A stretch of 64,000 bases of DNA from Candidatus Bathyarchaeota archaeon (GCA_963827165.1 CAWGZR010000005.1:384001-448000), one strand, 5' to 3'. Shown: positions 30,529 through 40,441, numbered from the stretch's first letter. The notes: generated by a model not told the origin, from the sequence alone. Translations and numbers: made by a program.

Positions 30529-30648
30529 TTTTTGCTATTTAGAATAAGTTGCTCTCTATATACTATTAGCGCAGGTTAAATAAACCAACTAATCGAAGTT
30601 TTACTTAGAAGCCCATGCAGAAGAAAAAAACAAAAAAAGAGCGTGCGA

Positions 30649-30690
30649 ACCATGAAACACCATGGTACTTCAACCATGTCTAAGCATGGC
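30649..30690. promoter_or_regulatory. Two tandem palindromes, ACCATG-N6-CATGG(T/C)
   Basis: accatg-aaacac-catggt and accatg-tctaag-catggc, starts 24 bp apart, intergenic. Confidence 0.6.
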
Positions 30691-30920
30691 ATAACATCTT
30701 GAACTTGAGGGGAAAACTTGAAAGGTAAAATCAATGGTAAAAAGCAAGCGAAGGCTAAAAACGCCGATCTTATGGATTGGCTTTTGGCAATTGACGCGTG
30801 CGTTCCATAAAACAAGTGAAAAAAGCAGATGCCAAAGGAACAAAAGAAATTCTTTGACATTTTCCTGCCGGCTCGGCATATGATAAGGGTTATATCTGCA
30901 ACTGTTTCAATACTAAGGCG

Positions 30921-31598
30921 GTGTTGAGCGTGGAAAGAAAAAGTTACGATTGGTTTGAACAGCGCCGCAAAACCAGAGGGTTGGAACTTGCACATGACCA
31001 GATTACTAAAGCCTTCGACACAGTAACATGGCTACATAAGGCAACCATGAGCTTTGCCGAGAAGAATTTTAAAGAGGCTCAGAGATACATTGACAATCTC
31101 TACAAGACTGAAGAAGGCGTTGACGCGCTTCGCACGGATGTTTTCATGGAACTATCCAAAGGAGCCGCCCTTGTCGCTGACTACCGCGAAGATCTACTTC
31201 ACTTGGTTAAACGGCTGGACACATTAGCTGACCACACCAAAGATGCTGCGCGATGCCTCGAGATGTTGTCGGGTGCAGATATTCCACAGGAGCTGAGCGA
31301 CAAGACAGTGGTCATGACTGGGAAACTTGTGGAGACCGCTCAGACTTTGAGAAATAGCATTGAGAAGATTTCGTCGAATCCTACTGAAGCGATAAATGAG
31401 GCAAAGAAAGTCGGGGAAATCGAACATGCCATCGACATTGAATACCTCAAATGCAAAAGCCTGTTTGTGAAGTACGGCGTAAACATGAACGTCGGAGCCA
31501 TGGTAATATTCGATGACTTAATCGAATTCATCGAGCAAGCCGCAGACATGTGCGCAGACACAGCAGACTATATCCTGGTACTCTCAAGCAGAGAATAG
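30921..31598 (+). CDS. DUF47 / PhoU-like phosphate transport regulator
   Basis: Helical repeats EEGVD..R, REDLLHLVKRLDTLAD, EHAID, EQAADMCADTAD. Confidence 0.88.
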   Translation: MLSVERKSYDWFEQRRKTRGLELAHDQITKAFDTVTWLHKATMSFAEKNFKEAQRYIDNLYKTEEGVDALRTDVFMELSKGAALVADYREDLLHLVKRLDTLADHTKDAARCLEMLSGADIPQELSDKTVVMTGKLVETAQTLRNSIEKISSNPTEAINEAKKVGEIEHAIDIEYLKCKSLFVKYGVNMNVGAMVIFDDLIEFIEQAADMCADTADYILVLSSRE

Positions 31599-31703
31599 AA
31601 CCAATATTTTTTCAATTTTCAGTTTTATTTTTGTAAAATTAACTCATCGACTAAATTTGGAAGAACATTTTTAGGGGAAAAAATCTGGAAGGTTCAAATC
31701 AAA

Positions 31704-31860
31704 TTGGCGGGCCCGCTGGGATTTGAACCCAGGATTCCCGGCTCCGCAGGCCGATGCCTTGTCCGTACTAGACTACGAGCCCAAACATTTCTGTGCCCAA
31801 AAATTTGGGGCAGAATAGTAAATACTTTGCTTAAACTTAAAAATAGTGGTAACGCGCCAA
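31704..31860 (+). pseudogene. N-terminal remnant of a tRNA-overlapping tyrosine integrase
   Basis: MAGPLGFEPR (antisense tRNA) continues in frame to IVNTLLKLKNSG, which resembles archaeal integrase N-termini as I recall them; cut off by the kinase gene. Confidence 0.5.
31705..31782 (-). tRNA. tRNA-Arg(GCG), CCA encoded
   Basis: GGGCTCG...TCGGC-CT-GCG-GA-GCCGG...GGTTCAAATCC...CGGGCCC-G-CCA cloverleaf. Confidence 0.95.
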
Positions 31861-31864
31861 GTAG

Positions 31865-33466
31865 TCACTTCGTTTCCTTCGGGAAAATTATCTTGAACTC
31901 AGTGCCGTCCCCAAGTTTACTTTCAAAACTCACCGCACCACCCTGCGCCTCCATGAGTCGCTTCACAACCGCCAGTCCGAAGCCTTGACCCTTGGATTTT
32001 GTCGTCATAAGCGGCTGGAAAAGTTTGGGTTTTATCTCGTCTGGGATACCAACGCCGGTGTCTGAAACCGTAACAATGATGCTGCTACCCTCGCCGAAGG
32101 CTTTGATTGTCAGGTTGCCTCCATCAGGCATCGCCTGGATAGCGTTTGTCACAAGATTCACCAGGATTCGCTTCAGAAATGTATAATCGGCTTTTACTTG
32201 CAGATTACCTTCTAATTCTTGAACCGCTTTGATATTGTTTGGAATCATAACTGTTGCAAGCATTTGTGGGATTGCGACGCTCAAGTCGATTTCACCGATT
32301 TCAGGTTTGAGTGGCCTTGCGAAGTCTTGTAAATCAGAGATGATTTTGTTGATGTATTCTGCCTGTTCTTGAATTGTGCTAAGGCTTTCTTCGAATTCGG
32401 CTTTGTCTTGGCCCTCAGGTAAAGCATCGATGCCTTGCTTCATCAAAAAAAGCTCGCCGGTAATTGATTGCAATGGATTGCGAATGTCATGGCCAATCAT
32501 AGCCGCAGTTTGTCCTATAGCAGCTAGACGCTCGGCATTCTGAAGCTGCCTTGTTCGCTCCTCAACAATTTTCTCCAGATTCTTCGCATAACCTTCTAGC
32601 TTATCTTCAATTAACTTGCGTTCAGTTATGTCCTGTTCAATTCCAACTATTCTTGAGGGTTTGCCATTCGGACTTATCTCCCTGACGACACGTTCGGAAT
32701 GGATGGTTCTTATGGAGCCGTCGGGCCTGACAACGCGGTAATCAAAACTTGCTTTGGAAAGCAGCTTGGCGTTAAACAAGAGTTGCTCCATCTCTTCGTT
32801 GATTTTTTCTCGGTCTTCAGGATGAATACGAGCAACATACTCAGCCGTATTGGGTCCATATGTTTGAAGTTTCATCCCGAAAATCCGGAATAATTCGTCG
32901 GACCAAATCGCCCTATCTATTTTGGCGTAATACTCCCAACTGCCTACATGAGCGATTCTCTGAGCCATCTTTAATCTGTCTTCGCTTTCTTGAAGCGCTT
33001 CCTGCGTTTTAACGCGTTCAGTTACATCGTCAAAAACGGTTACAGCTGCGATGGGTGTGCCTTCCTTGTCGTAAAGTGGCCGTGCACTCACATTCATTAT
33101 AAAGCGTTTTCCATTTCTCTCGATGATTTCGGGCGCGTTTAGAATTGTCTCTTCTTTAAACAAGGCCCTGTAAGTGTAGAGTTGTTCGTTCGGGCAAATT
33201 TTACCGTCAGCCAAGTAAATCTTGTGTGCAGCGGCGTGCTCAGCTAATTTCAAACCATAAGGGTTCGAGCCAAACAGTTCAATGGCCCTTTTGTTTGCGA
33301 AAGTTATCCTTCCCTCAGGCCTTTCTATTACCATTACAGCTGACGGAATATTTTCCAAAATATCGTGTAGCCGCGCAGCTTCAAAGGGTAAAATGCAGGA
33401 TTCATAGGTAGGGCTTAAAACTTCTCCTCCAACAGGCTCTACCCCATTCTTTGGTTGTACCTTCAT
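31865..33466 (-). CDS. PAS/PAC sensor histidine kinase (start uncertain)
   Basis: Two PAS domains; H box GHDIRNPL, NAIQAM, DTGVGI, GQGFGL. Confidence 0.95.
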   Translation of the reverse strand: MKVQPKNGVEPVGGEVLSPTYESCILPFEAARLHDILENIPSAVMVIERPEGRITFANKRAIELFGSNPYGLKLAEHAAAHKIYLADGKICPNEQLYTYRALFKEETILNAPEIIERNGKRFIMNVSARPLYDKEGTPIAAVTVFDDVTERVKTQEALQESEDRLKMAQRIAHVGSWEYYAKIDRAIWSDELFRIFGMKLQTYGPNTAEYVARIHPEDREKINEEMEQLLFNAKLLSKASFDYRVVRPDGSIRTIHSERVVREISPNGKPSRIVGIEQDITERKLIEDKLEGYAKNLEKIVEERTRQLQNAERLAAIGQTAAMIGHDIRNPLQSITGELFLMKQGIDALPEGQDKAEFEESLSTIQEQAEYINKIISDLQDFARPLKPEIGEIDLSVAIPQMLATVMIPNNIKAVQELEGNLQVKADYTFLKRILVNLVTNAIQAMPDGGNLTIKAFGEGSSIIVTVSDTGVGIPDEIKPKLFQPLMTTKSKGQGFGLAVVKRLMEAQGGAVSFESKLGDGTEFKIIFPKETK

Positions 33467-33755
33467 AATACAGGTCCCGCTAAACCTCACAGGAACCCTA
33501 ATATCGTTGGCAAAACGTATTATCGCTTTATAAGAGTTAAGTCTTTTGGGTTCTAATCCAGGTTGAATATTAGTAACCAAAATGGTACCAAGAAGTCACC
33601 TAAAAAAGCCAATTCTCATTAAAATTAAAAATGAAAAAATGGGCAAGCTGGCGTTTTCATGGAAGGCTAAATAGAAGATTTTTGCCGTACAGAATCCGTA
33701 AAACGATCAATAGCAGATTTCCGATTAGATGCTGTTCAATTCTCATGGGAAAAGG

Positions 33756-35363
33756 TTAGTTTTTGCTAACGGCTCTTTTCAGAGCGGCAAGAACATTTTG
33801 CTTCCCCATGGCAAGTACATACGGACCCAAGCGGGGACCTTGCGGCGCACCCATCAAGATTTGATAGAGTGTTTTGAAGAAGCTACCAGGTTGGACCCCG
33901 TTGTCTTTTGCCGCGTTAAAGATGGCGTTTTGGATTTTGTCCGGGTCATCTTCACATTCGAGCTTTGCGATAAGTTCTAGGACTGCTGCCTTTTCTTCAG
34001 CCTTCAGGGGTACATTGGTTTCCTTGATTTCTTCGAAGTCCCCAATCCAGTTCAAAGCATACTCAATTCGCTGCTTCAAGGCGTTGTCTAAGGCTTGGGT
34101 CTTCTGGAGGTAACCGTAGCTTCGAAGCTTCTCAGACACGTAATCGTCAAGGCAATCTTTAGGCGCCATCTTGACGAGAAATGCCATCAAATTATAAGGC
34201 ACATGAACGCTCGGCTTCGCCGGCGGCTTAGCGACATAGCAGTATTCAAACAGCCCTCTGAGACGCATAGCTTCTTTTTCGCCACCTTGCTTCTTCCCAA
34301 AGTACACGTCTTCTATGTAATCAAGCTCATTCATGTATGCCGGAATATCCGACACATCCAAAGTTCTCGTGCCAACGAACCTCTTTAGCATCAGCAGAAG
34401 CAACGATTGCGGAGAACCATACCGGAACCAAACTTGAGGCGTGAAAACGTTGCCAGCTGACTTTGAGATTTTCTTTCCGCCCTTATCAAGAAACATCTCA
34501 TATCTAGCGTGAGATGGCGGTTCGAAGCAGAGGACTTCACGGCATATCCGATCGTTGATTTTAACGGAGTCAGCAATGTCTTTCCCGAAGGCTTCAAAAC
34601 GAATATCTAACGCTTTCCAGCGGGCTGCAAACTCACCTTTCCAAGTTAGTTTTCCTTCGCCCTTTGTTATGTCTGCTTCACCCTCATGCCCACAGCCTTC
34701 GATGAGTCTGCCGCGTATCTCTAAGCCTTCGCATTTGTAGAGGACTTTGTCAGTTTCCGGTTCGAACTTGTAGGCTTTGGTGGTGTAGATGCGTCCGCAG
34801 TTGCTGCAGACAGGAAAGAATGGCAGGACCTCGGTGTAGCGTTCTTGACCGACTTCTTCTTTGACGATTTCGCCGGCTTTCTTAGCGTTAAGCAGGATAG
34901 TTCTGATTTCGCTGAGGAGCAGCCCCTTCTCGTATACGTCCTTCGCGGAGAAATAACGGTAATCAATCCCACATTTGTCTAGAGATTCAAGAAGAAGTGA
35001 GCTCATATGTTTGCCGTAGCTTTCGTGACAGCCGAACGGGTCGGGAATGCTGGACACTGGATAACCCAGATACTTCTCTAGATCTTTTGATAAGCCAACC
35101 GGAACCTTGCGCAAACCGTCTTTGTCGTCGCAGTAAGCGATTAACTCGGATTTGAAGCCTAAGTTCTCGAGGGCAAGCGTGACGGTGTAGGAACGTGCGG
35201 CATCACCTAAGCTGCCGATGTGAGGGAATCCCGAGGCGCCAAGACCCATCTCGGTGCGGAGCTTAGACATGTCTCTGCCCAGTTCTTTTTCGCGGTAGAT
35301 TACCTTCTTGGCCATCATGTCATACCATGTGCCGCGCCCGATAAGATCTTCAGTCATAACCAT
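33756..35363 (-). CDS. lysS: Lysine--tRNA ligase, class I
   Basis: SGFPHIG (HIGH-like), KISKSAGN (KMSKS-like), GPRLG. Confidence 0.97.
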   Translation of the reverse strand: MVMTEDLIGRGTWYDMMAKKVIYREKELGRDMSKLRTEMGLGASGFPHIGSLGDAARSYTVTLALENLGFKSELIAYCDDKDGLRKVPVGLSKDLEKYLGYPVSSIPDPFGCHESYGKHMSSLLLESLDKCGIDYRYFSAKDVYEKGLLLSEIRTILLNAKKAGEIVKEEVGQERYTEVLPFFPVCSNCGRIYTTKAYKFEPETDKVLYKCEGLEIRGRLIEGCGHEGEADITKGEGKLTWKGEFAARWKALDIRFEAFGKDIADSVKINDRICREVLCFEPPSHARYEMFLDKGGKKISKSAGNVFTPQVWFRYGSPQSLLLLMLKRFVGTRTLDVSDIPAYMNELDYIEDVYFGKKQGGEKEAMRLRGLFEYCYVAKPPAKPSVHVPYNLMAFLVKMAPKDCLDDYVSEKLRSYGYLQKTQALDNALKQRIEYALNWIGDFEEIKETNVPLKAEEKAAVLELIAKLECEDDPDKIQNAIFNAAKDNGVQPGSFFKTLYQILMGAPQGPRLGPYVLAMGKQNVLAALKRAVSKN

Positions 35364-35423
35364 GAGCCTTCTGCCAATTCACTGCACAAAGACATAGAAA
35401 AATGTTTAGAGCAGCAAAAAGGC

Positions 35424-35771
35424 TCAAGGGGTCTTTTTTCGCATAGCTGAAGCGATGGCTATGCCACCTAGAGCAAGCAGCAGAAGTGCTACCGTGTAGA
35501 TCCAGCTGTAACTCCAAAGGAACCAGGCACCGCCTAAAGCCATGAGCAGAACACCCATTTGAACAGTGCTGTAAGGGGAGCGCGCGTACTTCTGCGGACT
35601 TTGAGCTCTCATGGCTGCCAGAACCAGAATCCAGACTCCGAACAAAATCAAGATTAGCTGGAAAATGTGCCCCCAGTCATGAGTTACGTTTGTCGGATAA
35701 AGCAGTATGGCGACAACTACTATTATTAGGAAAACACCGATTGTTAGCAGTTGCCGTCTACTTTCAGACAT
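35424..35771 (-). CDS. Small four-TM membrane protein
   Basis: Start reassigned to MSESRRQ; four hydrophobic helices; 11 bp after the SPFH stop. Confidence 0.8.
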   Translation of the reverse strand: MSESRRQLLTIGVFLIIVVVAILLYPTNVTHDWGHIFQLILILFGVWILVLAAMRAQSPQKYARSPYSTVQMGVLLMALGGAWFLWSYSWIYTVALLLLALGGIAIASAMRKKTP

Positions 35772-35782
35772 TGCTTCGCATC

Positions 35783-36775
35783 CTACGAGAGTGTTGCTCC
35801 GCACTCGGGGCAAAATTTGGAGCCTGCTGGGATCGAGTGGCCGCATTTGGGACAGTTGATTGTGGCTTGCGATGGAGGAGTAAGTGAGGTTCCGCATTCG
35901 GGGCAGAATTTTGATGTTGCTGGAACGTGTGCGCCGCATTTAGGGCATATGACGAGAGCTGCGGTAGGTGCTTGTGCCTGAACCTGCCCGGCTGAATTCA
36001 TGATTTGCGGTATGAGAACCATCCCCGTTCCTAAGCCTGCTCCGCCTCCGCCGCCCCCTTGACCGAGCGACGCAGCGGCGCTTTTCACCGTTTCCATTCG
36101 CAAGACTGTGTCAGCGGGGGTACTTCCTGTTTTGAGCCAGAATAAGCGTTCACGGTACTCGGGCGTGGTGTCGATACCTTCGAATCTGAGATCAGTTAGT
36201 TCGATTCCTAAACGTTTGAAGTAGTCAGAGACGGAGGTTTTGACAATCAGTGATGTTTCCTGCAGCCTCGTGAAGACAGTGACCAAGTCGTAGTGGGAAA
36301 TTTCAGCGATTATCTTTTCGTTCAGGAAGCCTCGGAGGAAGTTGTTGACTCCTTCAGTATCGAAGACGTTTTGTCCGCCTACAACCTCGTTGACAAACAG
36401 TGTGGCATCCTCTATCTTGAAGAGGAATTGCCCAAACACTTTGAGCGGAGCCAACTCCGTTGTTTGAGCACTTGTGCCCCATTTACCATTGAAAACTTTA
36501 GTGGCGATGTAGAGCACCATTGCCTTGAACGGTTTGTTACTGCCGAATCCAGCCAGATGTGTTAGCACACTTGTAAGTAGAGGCAAATTAAGTGTTGTTA
36601 GTGTGTGTCTTCCAGCGCCGAAAACGTCGTAGGCTTTGCCGTCTCTGAAGAACACGGCCATTTCATATTCATGAACAATGAGTTGGGCACCCCAAGTTAT
36701 GTCCTCGTTTGGGTACCTCCAGATTATTTCGTCAGAATTCGCGTTTGAACTTGCCCATTCTATTACTTGTGGCAT
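35783..36775 (-). CDS. SPFH/Band-7 domain protein with double Zn ribbon (YdjI-like)
   Basis: QLIVHEYEMAVFFRDGK..DVFGAGRHTLTT.NLP; Gly-rich linker; CPKCG...KFCPECG twice. Confidence 0.9.
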   Translation of the reverse strand: MPQVIEWASSNANSDEIIWRYPNEDITWGAQLIVHEYEMAVFFRDGKAYDVFGAGRHTLTTLNLPLLTSVLTHLAGFGSNKPFKAMVLYIATKVFNGKWGTSAQTTELAPLKVFGQFLFKIEDATLFVNEVVGGQNVFDTEGVNNFLRGFLNEKIIAEISHYDLVTVFTRLQETSLIVKTSVSDYFKRLGIELTDLRFEGIDTTPEYRERLFWLKTGSTPADTVLRMETVKSAAASLGQGGGGGGAGLGTGMVLIPQIMNSAGQVQAQAPTAALVICPKCGAHVPATSKFCPECGTSLTPPSQATINCPKCGHSIPAGSKFCPECGATLS

Positions 36776-36777
36776 TT

Positions 36778-37320
36778 TTAGCTCACTCCCATGATTACTT
36801 CGTTACGTTGATCGAATGTGTTCTCTAAACTTTCAAGTTTGTCAGTTACGCTTTCAACCCGGGTTTTCAGGTTCGCCGTTGCACCGCTGGATAGATCAGC
36901 TTTGAAAGCGTCAATTTCCGCAGTTAGTGCGGTTATGCTATCCAGAAGCTTATTGTCAAAAGCTATCATGCTGTCAAGGTTGCCTTCCTTCACTTTTACA
37001 GCATCAAAAAAGCCGCTGTACCCATAAGAGGCGTGATTAATTTTTTCGACAACACGATCCATCTTGGCCACTAGTCGATCCATGTCTGTTAAGACATCGA
37101 AATAGCGGCGGTCAGCCAGCTTCTGCTCAATGTCCCTCAGATCGGTCTTTTCAATGTTTAGTTTCATATACAAGTGATTCCTGATTAGCTTGTCGCTTTC
37201 CCGACGCATTTCTTTCTCTTTGTAGCCACGGAATCCTGGAACAAAAGCGGCTATGCGCTCGGGAAGGCCCATTTGACCTTGAACCTTAGATAATACATCA
37301 CTATTATCGCTCATTTTCAT
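36778..37320 (-). CDS. Helical-bundle hypothetical protein
   Basis: VPGFRGYKEKEMRRESDKLIR, ASYGYSGFFDAVK; 2 bp from the SPFH start. Confidence 0.8.
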   Translation of the reverse strand: MKMSDNSDVLSKVQGQMGLPERIAAFVPGFRGYKEKEMRRESDKLIRNHLYMKLNIEKTDLRDIEQKLADRRYFDVLTDMDRLVAKMDRVVEKINHASYGYSGFFDAVKVKEGNLDSMIAFDNKLLDSITALTAEIDAFKADLSSGATANLKTRVESVTDKLESLENTFDQRNEVIMGVS

Positions 37321-37427
37321 ATCCCAGCCTATTTTATTATTGGTTCATAATATAGGGTCGCTTTTAAAGTTTCTCAGAAAATCAAAGATGGAAGTATTTT
37401 GCCGGAAAGGGACATTTTAGGGTTGTT

Positions 37428-38807
37428 CTACCCTAAATGTTCACGTTTCAGAATTTCCCGCGCCACAATCACACCTGAAGCCGAAGCCTGAATTAACCCG
37501 CGTGTGACACCTGCGCCGTCGCCAATGGTGAACATGTTTTGTATTTTGCTTTCTAAAGCGTTGTTGAGTTGTAGATGGGAAGAGTAGAACTTGACCTCTA
37601 TGCCGTAAAGCAAAGTGTCCCGTGAATGGATGCCAGGCGCTATGACGTCAAGGGCTTGGAGCATCTCGCGAATGTCTACCAAGTAGCGGTAAGGTAAGAC
37701 AAAGCTAAGGTCGCCTGGAGTCGCATTTTTCAACGTTGGGGTAACGACGCTTCGGGCTAAGCGTTCAGGTGTCGAGCGGCGTCCAACAGCCAAATCGCCT
37801 AGACGCTGAACCATCACACCTCCGCTTAAGAGGTTTGAAAGTCGAGCGACGTATTTGCCGTAGGCTATGGGTTCTTTGAAGGGCTCGGTGAATGAGGTGC
37901 TGACGAGGATAGCGAAGTTGGTGTTATCGGTTTTTCGCTCCGCGTAACTCCCGCCGTTGACAGTTAAGACGCCGTCATATGATTCTGTGGTGACTTCCCC
38001 GTACGGTGAAACGCAGAAAGTGCGAACTTGGTCATCGAATTGTCGCGAATAATAAACAAGTTTTGGTTCGTAAAGAGTCTTTGTCAGATTCTCCATAACA
38101 GAAGCTAAAACCTCGACACGTACACCGATGTCGACTGGGTTGTTTACAGTTTTTAGTCCGCGGACCTGAGCCTCGGTTTGAAGCCATTCAGCGCCGCTTC
38201 TTCCAGGGGCAATTATTACGTATTTGCCGAAGATTTTTTCGCCTTCAACTGTTTCCACGCCTTGTATCAGGTGGTTCTCAGTGATGAGCGCTTTAACATC
38301 TGTTTTCGGGCGAAAAGTTATTTTTCCGTTGAGTTCTTTGCGCATCCGATGCAGGGTTTCATTGCATTTGTCAGTGCCCATGTGACGGACTTCTTGCTTG
38401 ATAAGTTTTAATCCTGCCAGTGAAGCCTGACGTTCTATTTCATCTACTTTTTCGCTGTCGCCGCCGTAAACTTTCTCGCTGGCTCCAAATTTGAGGTAGA
38501 TGCTGTCGACGTGTTTGACCAGCGATTGAAGCTCCTTGGTTGAAACATACTGGTTTAGCCAACCGCCAACTTCCGTTGATAACGTGAGTTTTCCGTCACT
38601 GTAGGCACCCGCTCCGCCCCATCCTGAAAGAACCGAGCATGGTTCACAATGCACGCATTCGAAGCCGCGGCTTGATGGGCACTTGCGTTTGTCAATATCG
38701 GGTCCCCTGTCAATCATGAGGACATTCAAGTTTGTTTTTTCGGTTAATTCCAGCGCCGAAAAGATACCTGCTGGACCCGCGCCCACAATTATAACGTCAT
38801 ATTTCAT
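37428..38807 (-). CDS. NAD(P)/FAD-dependent oxidoreductase (COG2509-like)
   Basis: YDVIIVGAGPAG, GWGGAGAYSDGKL, GDGAGVTRGL; start reassigned to 38807. Confidence 0.9.
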   Translation of the reverse strand: MKYDVIIVGAGPAGIFSALELTEKTNLNVLMIDRGPDIDKRKCPSSRGFECVHCEPCSVLSGWGGAGAYSDGKLTLSTEVGGWLNQYVSTKELQSLVKHVDSIYLKFGASEKVYGGDSEKVDEIERQASLAGLKLIKQEVRHMGTDKCNETLHRMRKELNGKITFRPKTDVKALITENHLIQGVETVEGEKIFGKYVIIAPGRSGAEWLQTEAQVRGLKTVNNPVDIGVRVEVLASVMENLTKTLYEPKLVYYSRQFDDQVRTFCVSPYGEVTTESYDGVLTVNGGSYAERKTDNTNFAILVSTSFTEPFKEPIAYGKYVARLSNLLSGGVMVQRLGDLAVGRRSTPERLARSVVTPTLKNATPGDLSFVLPYRYLVDIREMLQALDVIAPGIHSRDTLLYGIEVKFYSSHLQLNNALESKIQNMFTIGDGAGVTRGLIQASASGVIVAREILKREHLG

Positions 38808-38849
38808 GCCCACTCCTCCCATGGAACCCTGAAGTACATGTAACAAGTA

Positions 38850-38931
38850 AGATATATCTGTTAGCAAAAAACCGCAGAATCCAAAAATTGACGGTTTTTT
38901 CCTATGAATAGGCTCTTTTCAGGATATATCT
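38850..38931. promoter_or_regulatory. Two RGATATATCT palindromes in a divergent promoter
   Basis: AGATATATCT at 38850-38859 and GGATATATCT at 38922-38931. Confidence 0.5.
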
Positions 38932-38978
38932 AAAAAACATTTATTATAGCAAAACAACGATTATGAATTAGCGAAAAA

Positions 38979-39452
38979 ATGTCCACCGACAACCAATCTG
39001 GAAACAATTTTGACGAGTTAATCAGCGACTTCTCACGCTTCTACATACTCACCATACTCTATGAGGGTCCAGTTCATGGCTACAGCATCATCAGCCGATT
39101 CAAGAAAAGAGTCAAAAAAGACGTTAGCCCAAGCTTAGTTTACCCCTTTCTTCAACAACTGGAAGAAAAAAGTTTAGTCACGCACACAGTAAAGGCGGTT
39201 GGTGAGAAGGAAAGAAAGATTTTTGAGCTAACGCAAACGGGAAGAGAACTGTGCACAGAACTTTTCAAACGTTTTGCCGACCTGATATCAATCGCAATTG
39301 AACCAAGCCTATATGTTTGCGCCCACTGTGGATGCAAAGTCTACGAAGGGGGCTATCGAGAAGTCATAGATTGCAAAGAAACAGCGTTTTGCTGCATCCA
39401 CTGCGCCAGATCGTACAAAGAAGCAAAGAAACTCGCGAAGCAAAGAAGCTAA
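38979..39452 (+). CDS. PadR family regulator with C-terminal TRASH-like metal-binding domain
   Basis: HGYSII, SLVYPFLQQLE, RKIFELT; CAHCG...FCCIHCA. Confidence 0.9.
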   Translation: MSTDNQSGNNFDELISDFSRFYILTILYEGPVHGYSIISRFKKRVKKDVSPSLVYPFLQQLEEKSLVTHTVKAVGEKERKIFELTQTGRELCTELFKRFADLISIAIEPSLYVCAHCGCKVYEGGYREVIDCKETAFCCIHCARSYKEAKKLAKQRS

Positions 39453-39662
39453 ATGAGAAAGCAGACAGAAGAAACCAACAGCACAATTTCAAGAGAGACA
39501 CCACAATAGACAGACTACCGAAAGCCGAAAAGCTAAACTCAAAAAATCATACGTGCGGTGGAGTAATCAGATAATATTACAGAGTTGAATCGGACCATTC
39601 TAAAATCAGTCAAAAGAAAAGATGAAAGAGTTTTAAAAAATAATTGAAGTTTTAGCGAAACC

Positions 39663-39893
39663 TTATTCGCCCCAATCTTCGCCTTCAATAGTTAACTCTT
39701 GAAGTTCTACGCATCCACCTCCAACACCTATTTTTTTGACTTCTAGTTCGAGTCCACAGCCTGGACAGCTAAGGATTTCTCCTTTCTCGATGTCGCAGGG
39801 AACATAAAGTTCCGATTCGCAGTCTGGACACGTGGCTTTGTTACCTTTACTTTGAGGAAATGAGTTTAGAGGATTTATCATTATTTTTTTCAC
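39663..39893 (-). CDS. lysW: LysW/ArgW amino-group carrier protein
   Basis: CPDC...CPGCGLELEV zinc finger and C-terminal EDWGE. Confidence 0.9.
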   Translation of the reverse strand: MKKIMINPLNSFPQSKGNKATCPDCESELYVPCDIEKGEILSCPGCGLELEVKKIGVGGGCVELQELTIEGEDWGE

Positions 39894-40080
39894 TTTTTTT
39901 ATTACTTTTTGAAAGCTGCGGAGAACTATTAAGTATTGTGACTTTCTTGTTACAAATTAGTACATTTCTGTTCTATTTGGGACAAAAGCGCTAACTGCCT
40001 CTGAGAAAGCTGTTGCGACAAGATGATACATCATATACTAATATCGTGGGCGTCAAAACTTAAAGTAAGGCTGTTACCAA

Positions 40081-40206
40081 GTGGCTGAATGTCCTTATTG
40101 TCATAATGAAGTCTTAAAACATCAAGCTATATTACGAAATAGCTTCTTTACAATCGAAACCTACACATGTGATAAATGCGGAAGAAGATTCACAATAACA
40201 AAGTAA
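40081..40206 (+). CDS. 41-aa Zn-ribbon microprotein
   Basis: Not in ORF track. GTG start: MAECPYCHNEVLKHQAILRNSFFTIETYTCDKCGRRFTITK. Confidence 0.7.
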   Translation: MAECPYCHNEVLKHQAILRNSFFTIETYTCDKCGRRFTITK

Positions 40207-40441
40207 TTCCTTTCTTCTGAAAGATGAGCGTCTGACAATTTGAACCATGGTTAACCTGAGATGTTTTTAAATTTTATAATTTTTTTATTTTTACTCAGCT
40301 TTCCCCTGAGTTGAAAAGTCGTTTCAACCGATAGAAAGACTTAAAGAAACAAGCCAACATTACGGATGCAGAGCGGAAGAACTTGGAAAAACACAGCGAA
40401 GATTTATTTACTTTTACCTTTTTGGGTTTTGGTGAAAATAT

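Noticed and set aside
30576-30995. Minus-strand ORFs between cofD and the DUF47 gene
   Set aside because: Composition reflects A-rich intergenic DNA and overlaps the DUF47 start.
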